Shown here: positions 55,210 to 64,000 of the stretch, piece by piece
Position numbering within the stretch: the stretch's first letter is position 1
How the letters are laid out: every line of letters begins with the position of its first letter
NCBI GenBank assembly: GCA_964057225.1
Contig: OZ059897.1
Location: 2,418,001-2,482,000 of the forward strand
DNA length: 64,000 nt
Source: Auanema rhodensis
Taxonomy: Eukaryota > Animalia > Nematoda
Reading direction: 5' to 3'
Position numbers and translations under genes: made by a program
Notes under the pieces: generated by a model
Databases searched by the model: none
What the model saw: only the letters and a program-made list of their open reading frames with translations
What the model was told of the DNA's origin: nothing

Positions 55210-58200
55210 TATAGTGCATTCGATGCGGATTTTCAAGCTGCGTTGATCTGTGTTATCAGATTTGAGTTAACTTAAAAATGCACCGAGATATCAACTGATA
55301 TAGGTTCACACTTGTATCCTCGATTTTCACCCTGAAGAAATGATTTTTTCGTTGAAAAACATTGTCCATCGTATTCGTCTTGAAAAAAGGAATCTAAAAA
55401 CATCTACTTTTTGTGAAATTATTTAGAAATTTTTCGGGAAAATTTTTGTCAAAATGTTTTTGGAAGCAATGTTGAGTGTACAGGGGAACTCAACATACAC
55501 TAATGCATTATTTTTCAAACGATCATAACTAATTTTTGTATAGAGCGTTTCTCAATGTAGTATAGTGCATTCGATGCGGATTTTTAAGCTGCGTTGATCT
55601 GTGTTATCAGATTTGAGTTAACTTAAAAATGCACCGAGATATCAACTGATATAGGTTCACACTTATATCCTCGATTTTCACCCTGAAGAAATGATTTTTT
55701 CGTTGAATAACATTGTCCATCGTCTTCGTCTTAAAAAAAGGAATCTAAAAACATCTACTTTTTGTGAAATTATTTAGAAATTTTTCGGGAAAATTTTTGT
55801 CAAAATGTTTTTGGAAGCAATGTTGAGTGTACATGGGAACTCAACATACACTTATGCATTATTTTTCAAACGATCATAACTAATTTTTGTATAGAGCGTT
55901 TCTCAATGTAGTATAGTGCATTCGATGCGGATTTCTAAGCTGCGTTGATCTGTGTTATCAGATTTGAGTTAGCTTAAAAATGCACCGAGATATCAACTGA
56001 TATATGTTCACACTTATATCCTCGATTTTCACCCTGAAGAAATGATTTTTTCGTTGAATAACATTGTCCATCGTCTTCGTCTTGAAAAAAAGGAATCTAA
56101 AAACATCTACTTTTTGTGAAATTATTTAGAAATTTTTCGGGAAAATTTTTGTCAAAATGTTTTTGGAAGCAATGTTGAGTGTACATGGGAACTCAACATA
56201 CACTAATGCATTATTTTTCAAACGATCATAACTAATTTTTGTATGGAGCGTTTCCCAATGTAGTATAGTGCATTCGATGCGGATTTTTAAGCTGCGTTGA
56301 TCTGTGTTATCAGATTTGAGTTAACTTAAAAATGCACCGAGATATCAACTGATATAGGTTCACACTTGTATCCTCGATTTTCACCCTGAAGAATTAATTT
56401 TTTCGTTGAATAACATTGTCCATCGTCTTTGCCTTGAAAAAAGAAATCTAAAAACTCCTACTTTTTGTGAAATTATTTGGAAATTTTTCGGGAAAATTTT
56501 TGTCACAATGTTTTTGGAAGCAATGTTGAGTGTACATGGGAACTCAACATACACTAATGCATTATTTTTCAAACGATCATAACTAATTTTTGTATAGAGC
56601 GTTTCTCATTGTAGTATAGTGCATTCGATGCGGATTTTTAAGCTGCGTTGATCTGTGTTATCAGATTTGAGTTAACTTAAAAATGCACCGAGATATCAAC
56701 TGATATAGGTTCACACTTGTATCCTCGATTTTCACCCTGAAGAAATGATTTTTTCGTTGAAAAACATTGTCCATCGTATTCGTCTTGAAAAAAGGAATCT
56801 AAAAACATCAACTTTTTGTGAAATTATTTAGAAATTTTTCGGGAAAATTTTTGTCAAAATGTTTTTGGAAGCAATGTTGAGTGTACAGGGGAACTCAACA
56901 TACACTAATGCATTATTTTTCAAACGATCATAACTAATTTTTGTATAGAGCGTTTCTCAATGTAGTATAGTGCATTCGATGCGGATTTTTAAGCTGCGTT
57001 GATCTGTGTTATCAGATTTGAGTTAACTTAAAAATGCACCGAGATATCAACTGATATAGGTTCACACTGATATCCTCGATTTTCACCCTGAAGAAATGAT
57101 TTTTTCGTTGAATAACATTGTCCATCGTCTTCGTCTTAAAAAAAGGAATCTAAAAACATCTACTTTTTGTGAAATTATTTAGAAATTTTTCGGGAAAATT
57201 TTTGTCAAAATGTTTTTGGAAGCAATGTTGAGTGTACATGGGAACTCAACATACACTAATGCATTATTTTTCAAACGATCATAACTAATTTTTGTATAGA
57301 GCGTTTCTCAATGTAGTATAGTGCATTCGATGCGGATTTCTAAGCTGCGTTGATCTGTGTTATCAGATTTGAGTTAGCTTAAAAATGCACCGGGATATCA
57401 ACTGATATATGTTCACACTTATATCCTCGATTTTCACCCTGAAGAAATGATTTTTTCGTTGAATAACATTGTCCATCGTCTTCGTCTTAAAAAAAGGAAT
57501 CTAAAAACATCTACTTTTTGTGAAATTATTTAGAAATTTTTCGGGAAAATTTTTGTCAAAATGTTTTTGGAAGCAATGTTGAGTGTACATGGGAACTCAA
57601 CATACACTAATGCATTATTTTTCAAACGATCATAACTAATTTTTGTATGGAGCGTTTCCCAATGTAGTATAGTGCATTCGATGCGGATTTTTAAGCTGCG
57701 TTGATCTGTGTTATCAGATTTGAGTTAACTTAAAAATGCACCGAGATATCAACTGATATAGGTTCACACTTGTATCCTCGATTTTCACCCTGAAGAATTA
57801 ATTTTTTCGTTGAATAACATTGTCCATCGTCTTTGCCTTGAAAAAAGAAATCTAAAAACTCCTACTTTTTGTGAAATTATTCGGAAATTTTTCGGGAAAA
57901 TTTTTGTCACAATGTTTTTGGAAGCAATGTTGAGTGTACATGGGAACTCAACATACACTAATGCATTATTTTTCAAACGATCATAACTAATTTTTGTATA
58001 GAGCGTTTCTCATTGTAGTATAGTGCATTCGATGCGGATTTTTATGCTGCGTTGATCTGTGTTATCAGATTTCAGTTAGCTTGAAAATGCACCGAGATAT
58101 CAACTGATATATGTTCACACTTATATCCTCGATTTTCACCCTGAAGAAATGATTTTTTCGTTGAAAAACATTGTCCTTCGTATTCGTCTTGAAAAAAGAA

Positions 58201-61200
58201 ATCTAAAAACATCTACTTTTTGTGAAATTATTTAGAAATTTTTCGGGAAAATTTTTGTCAAAATGTTTTTGGAAGCAATGTTGAGTGTACATGGGAACTC
58301 AACATACACTAATGCATTATTTTTCAAACGATCATAACTAATTTTTGTATAGAGCGTTTCTCATTGTAGTATAGTGCATTCGATGCGGATTTTCAAGCTG
58401 CGTTGATCTGTGTTATCAGATTTGAGTTAACTTAAAAATGCACCGAGATATCAACTGATATAGGTTCACACTTGTATCCTCGATTTTCACCCTGAAGAAA
58501 TGATTTTTTCGTTGAAAAACATTGTCCATCGTATTCGTCTTGAAAAAAGGAATCTAAAAACATCTACTTTTTGTGAAATTATTTAGAAATTTTTCGGGAA
58601 AATTTTTGTCAAAATGTTTTTGGAAGCAATGTTGAGTGTACAGGGGAACTCAACATACACTAATGCATTATTTTTCAAACGATCATAACTAATTTTTGTA
58701 TAGAGCGTTTCTCAATGTAGTATAGTGCATTCGATGCGGATTTTTAAGCTGCGTTGATCTGTGTTATCAGATTTGAGTTAACTTAAAAATGCACCGAGAT
58801 ATCAACTGATATAGGTTCACACTTATATCCTCGATTTTCACCCTGAAGAAATGATTTTTTCGTTGAATAACATTGTCCATCGTCTTCGTCTTAAAAAAAG
58901 GAATCTAAAAACATCTACTTTTTGTGAAATTATTTAGAAATTTTTCGGGAAAATTTTTGTCAAAATGTTTTTGGAAGCAATGTTGAGTGTACATGGGAAC
59001 TCAACATACACTTATGCATTATTTTTCAAACGATCATAACTAATTTTTGTATAGAGCGTTTCTCAATGTAGTATAGTGCATTCGATGCGGATTTCTAAGC
59101 TGCGTTGATCTGTGTTATCAGATTTGAGTTAGCTTAAAAATGCACCGAGATATCAACTGATATATGTTCACACTTATATCCTCGATTTTCACCCTGAAGA
59201 AATGATTTTTTCGTTGAATAACATTGTCCATCGTCTTCGTCTTGAAAAAAAGGAATCTAAAAACATCTACTTTTTGTGAAATTATTTAGAAATTTTTCGG
59301 GAAAATTTTTGTCAAAATGTTTTTGGAAGCAATGTTGAGTGTACATGGGAACTCAACATACACTAATGCATTATTTTTCAAACGATCATAACTAATTTTT
59401 GTATGGAGCGTTTCCCAATGTAGTATAGTGCATTCGATGCGGATTTTTAAGCTGCGTTGATCTGTGTTATCAGATTTGAGTTAACTTAAAAATGCACCGA
59501 GATATCAACTGATATAGGTTCACACTTGTATCCTCGATTTTCACCCTGAAGAATTATTTTTTTCGTTGAATAACATTGTCCATCGTCTTTGCCTTGAAAA
59601 AAGAAATCTAAAAACTCCTACTTTTTGTGAAATTATTTGGAAATTTTTCGGGAAAATTTTTGTCACAATGTTTTTGGAAGCAATGTTGAGTGTACATGGG
59701 AACTCAACATACACTAATGCATTATTTTTCAAACGATCATAACTAATTTTTGTATAGAGCGTTTCTCATTGTAGTATAGTGCATTCGATGCGGATTTTTA
59801 AGCTGCGTTGATCTGTGTTATCAGATTTGAGTTAACTTAAAAATGCACCGAGATATCAACTGATATAGGTTCACACTTGTATCCTCGATTTTCACCCTGA
59901 AGAAATGATTTTTTCGTTGAAAAACATTGTCCATCGTATTTGTCTTGAAAAAAGGAATCTAAAAACATCAACTTTTTGTGAAATTATTTAGAAATTTTTC
60001 GGGAAAATTTTTGTCAAAATGTTTTTGGAAGCAATGTTGAGTGTACAGGGGAACTCAACATACACTAATGCATTATTTTTCAAACGATCATAACTAATTT
60101 TTGTATAGAGCGTTTCTCAATGTAGTATAGTGCATTCGATGCGGATTTTTAAGCTGCGTTGATCTGTGTTATCAGATTTGAGTTAACTTAAAAATGCACC
60201 GAGATATCAACTGATATAGGTTCACACTGATATCCTCGATTTTCACCCTGAAGAAATGATTTTTTCGTTGAATAACATTGTCCATCGTCTTCGTCTTAAA
60301 AAAAGGAATCTAAAAACATCTACTTTTTGTGAAATTATTTAGAAATTTTTCGGGAAAATTTTTGTCAAAATGTTTTTGGAAGCAATGTTGAGTGTACATG
60401 GGAACTCAACATACACTAATGCATTATTTTTCAAACGATCATAACTAATTTTTGTATAGAGCGTTTCTCAATGTAGTATAGTGCATTCGATGCGGATTTC
60501 TAAGCTGCGTTGATCTGTGTTATCAGATTTGAGTTAGCTTAAAAATGCACCGGGATATCAACTGATATATGTTCACACTTATATCCTCGATTTTCACCCT
60601 GAAGAAATGATTTTTTCGTTGAATAACATTGTCCATCGTCTTCGTCTTAAAAAAAGGAATCTAAAAACATCTACTTTTTGTGAAATTATTTAGAAATTTT
60701 TCGGGAAAATTTTTGTCAAAATGTTTTTGGAAGCAATGTTGAGTGTACATGGGAACTCAACATACACTAATGCATTATTTTTCAAACGATCATAACTAAT
60801 TTTTGTATGGAGCGTTTCCCAATGTAGTATAGTGCATTCGATGCGGATTTCTAAGCTGCGTTGATCTGTGTTATCAGATTTGAGTTAGCTTAAAAATGCA
60901 CCGGGATATCAACTGATATATGTTCACACTTATATCCTCGATTTTCACCCTGAAGAAATGATTTTTTCGTTGAATAACATTGTCCATCGTCTTCGTCTTA
61001 AAAAAAGGAATCTAAAAACATCTACTTTTTGTGAAATTATTTAGAAATTTTTCGGGAAAATTTTTGTCAAAATGTTTTTGGAAGCAATGTTGAGTGTACA
61101 TGGGAACTCAACATACACTAATGCATTATTTTTCAAACGATCATAACTAATTTTTGTATGGAGCGTTTCCCAATGTAGTATAGTGCATTCGATGCGGATT

Positions 61201-61550
61201 TTTAAGCTGCGTTGATCTGTGTTATCAGATTTGAGTTAACTTAAAAATGCACCGAGATATCAACTGATATAGGTTCACACTTGTATCCTCGATTTTCACC
61301 CTGAAGAATTAATTTTTTCGTTGAATAACATTGTCCATCGTCTTTGCCTTGAAAAAAGAAATCTAAAAACTCCTACTTTTTGTGAAATTATGCGGAAATT
61401 TTTCGGGAAAATTTTTGTCACAATGTTTTTGGAAGCAATGTTGAGTGTACATGGGAACTCAACATACACTAATGCATTATTTTTCAAACGATCATAACTA
61501 ATTTTTGTATAGAGCGTTTCTCATTGTAGTATAGTGCATTCGATGCGGAT
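55210..61550. repeat. Duplication with a 9-monomer period (3160 bp = 9x351+1), with one extra monomer in copy 2
   Basis: A shared 1-bp insertion (A7) lies at 56085-56091 and 59245-59251. gtacagggg occurs at 55483/58643 and about 56888/60048. The ccggga monomer occurs once in copy 1 and twice in copy 2 (60373, 60724). Confidence 0.9.
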
Positions 61551-64000
61551 TTTTAAGCTGCGTTGATCTGTGTTATCAGATTTGAGTTAACTTAAAAATG
61601 CACCGAGATATCAACTGATATAGGTTCACACTTGTATCCTCGATTTTCACCCTGAAGAAATGATTTTTTCGTTGAAAAACATTGTCCATCGTATTCGTCT
61701 TGAAAAAAGGAATCTAAAAACATCTACTTTTCGTGAAATTATTCAGAAATTTTTCGGGAAAATTTTTGTCAAAATGTTTTTGGAAGCAATGTTGAGTGTA
61801 CATGGGAACTCAACATACACTAATGCATTATTTTTCAAACGATCATAACTAATTTTTGTATAGAGCGTTTCTCAATGTAGTATAGTGCATTCGATGCGGA
61901 TTTTTAAGCTGCGTTGATCTGTGTTATCAGATTTGAGTTAGCTTAAAAATGCACCGAGATATCAACTGATATATGTTCACACTTATATCCTCGATTTTCA
62001 CCCTGAAGAAATGATTTTTTCGTTGAATAACATTGTCCATCATCTTCGTCTTGAAAAAAGGAATCTAAAAACATCTACTTTTTGTGAAATTATTTAGAAA
62101 TTTTTCGGGAAAATTTTTGTCAAAATGTTTTTGGAAGCAATGTTGAGTGTACATGGGAACTCAACATACACTAATGCATTATTTTTCAAACGATCATAAC
62201 TAATTTTTGTATGGAGCGTTTCTCAATGTAGTATAGTGCATTCGATGCGGATTTTTAAGCTGCGTTGATCTGTGTTATCAGATTTGCGCTAGCTTAAAAA
62301 TGCACCGAGTAATCAACTGATATAGGTTCACACTTATATCCTCGATTTTCACCCTGAAGAATTAATTTTTTCGTTGAATAACATTGTCCATCGTCTTTGC
62401 CTTGAAAAAAGAAATCTAAAAACTCCTACTTTTTGTGAAATTATTTAGAAATTTTTCAGGAAAATTTTTGTCAAAATGTTTTTGGAAGCAATGTTGAGTG
62501 TACATGGGAACTCAACATACACTAATGCATTATTTTTCAAACGATCATAACTAATTTTTGTATGGAGCGTTTCTCAATGTAGTATAGTGCATTCGATGCG
62601 GATTTTTAAGCTGCGTTGATCTGTGTTATCAGATTTGAGTTAGCTTAAAAATGCACCGAGATATCAACTGATATATGTTCACACTTATATCCTCGATTTT
62701 CACCCTGAAGAAATGATTTTTTCGTTGAAAAACATTGTCCATCGTATTCGTCTTGAAAAAAGGAATCTAAAAACATCTACTTTTTGTGAAATTATTTAGA
62801 AATTTTTCGGGAAAATTTTTGTCAAAATGTTTTTGGAAGCAATGTTGAGTGTACATGGGAACTCAACATACACTAATGCATTATTTTTCAAACGATCATA
62901 ACTAATTTTTGTATAGAGCGTTTCTCAATGTAGTATAGTGCATTCGATGCGGATTTTTAAGCTGCGTTGATCTGTGTTATCAGATTTGAGTTAGCTTAAA
63001 AATGCACCGAGATATCAACTGATATATGTTCACACTTATATCCTCGATTTTCACCCTGAAGAAATGATTTTTTCGTTGAATAACATTGTCCATCATCTTC
63101 GTCTTGAAAAAAGGAATCTAAAAACATCTACTTTTTGTGAAATTATTTAGAAATTTTTCGGGAAAATTTTTGTCAAAATGTTTTTGGAAGCAATGTTGAG
63201 TGTACATGGGAACTCAACATACACTAATGCATTATTTTTCAAACGATCATAACTAATTTTTGTATGGAGCGTTTCTCAATGTAGTATAGTGCATTCGATG
63301 CGGATTTTTAAGCTGCGTTGATCTGTGTTATCAGATTTGAGTTAACTTAAAAATGCACCGAGATATCAACTGATATATGTTCACACTTATATCCTCGATT
63401 TTCACCCTGAAGAATTAATTTTTTCGTTGAATAACATTGTCCATCGTCTTCGTCTTAAAAAAAGGAATCTAAAAACATCTACTTTTTGTGAAATTATTTA
63501 GAAATTTTTCGGGAAAATTTTTGTCAAAATGTTTTTGGAAGCAATGTTGAGTGTACATGGGAACTCAACATACACTAATGCATTATTTTTCAAACGATCA
63601 TAACTAATTTTTGTATAGAGCGTTTCTCAATGTAGTATAGTGCATTCGATGCGGATTTCTAAGCTGCGTTGATCTGTGTTATCAGATTTGAGTTAGCTTA
63701 AAAATGCACCGAGATATCAACTGATATATGTTCACACTTATATCCTCGATTTTCACCCTGAAGAAATGATTTTTTCGTTGAATAACATTGTCCATCGTCT
63801 TCGTCTTAAAAAAAGGAATCTAAAAACATCTACTTTTTGTGAAATTATTTAGAAATTTTTCGGGAAAATTTTTGTCAAAATGTTTTTGGAAGCAATGTTG
63901 AGTGTACATGGGAACTCAACATACACTAATGCATTATTTTTCAAACGATCATAACTAATTTTTGTATGGAGCGTTTCTCAATGTAGTATAGTGCATTCGA

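Larger units (their letters stand above)
1..64000. repeat. Tandem satellite DNA array, 351-bp monomer, about 182 copies, single orientation, running off both window ends
   Basis: The string tttttggaagcaatgttgagtgtacatggg recurs at 1, 352, 703 and onward. Line starts at 7021, 14041, 21061, 28081, 35101 and 63181 are all in exact 351-bp phase. ORF-track spacings are multiples of 351 (+/-1). No unique sequence was seen anywhere. Confidence 0.99.

Noticed and set aside
10330-61487. Repeated 63-aa and 75-aa minus-strand ORFs
   Set aside because: They are likewise created by single stop-removing variants in a minority of monomers, overlap the plus-strand ORF, and show no evidence of coding constraint.
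2341-61848. Repeated 62-aa plus-strand ORF (MIFSLKNIVH...)
   Set aside because: It is open only in monomers with a TAG>CAG variant (attcag), and most copies have the stop. The low-complexity F/K/I composition reflects A/T tracts. I recognise no domain.
1-64000. CRISPR array or integron cassette array
   Set aside because: There are no unique spacers or cassettes between repeats, because the entire 351 bp is repeated. There is no cas or integrase gene, and the taac/gtt motifs do not fit the attC RYYYAAC/GTTRRRY consensus.

Overview
The whole 64 kb is one uninterrupted, single-orientation tandem satellite array. It holds about 182.3 head-to-tail copies of a 351-bp AT-rich monomer (copy 1 counted by hand at 113/351 = about 32% GC). 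I found no genes, RNA genes, transposon insertions, CRISPR spacers or strand switches, and all listed ORFs are chance by-products of the repeat. Monomers differ by a limited set of recurrent substitutions. Only two independent 1-bp indel events occur, each seen twice because it was later duplicated. The variants work as barcodes and show a nested duplication history: 2-, 3-, 4-, 5-, 9-, 22- and 27-monomer periods, plus a long-range echo at 78-79 monomers. The monomer is rich in dyads and hairpins. These include a G.T-rich stem (monomer positions 106-151) whose rare variants mostly keep pairing, and a partial hammerhead-ribozyme-like motif (CTGAAGA-hairpin-GAAA) in one monomer class. The overall character fits eukaryotic heterochromatic or (peri)centromeric satellite DNA, possibly from an invertebrate, but I cannot assign the family or organism from the sequence alone. 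All marker mapping was done by eye, so block edges are approximate.
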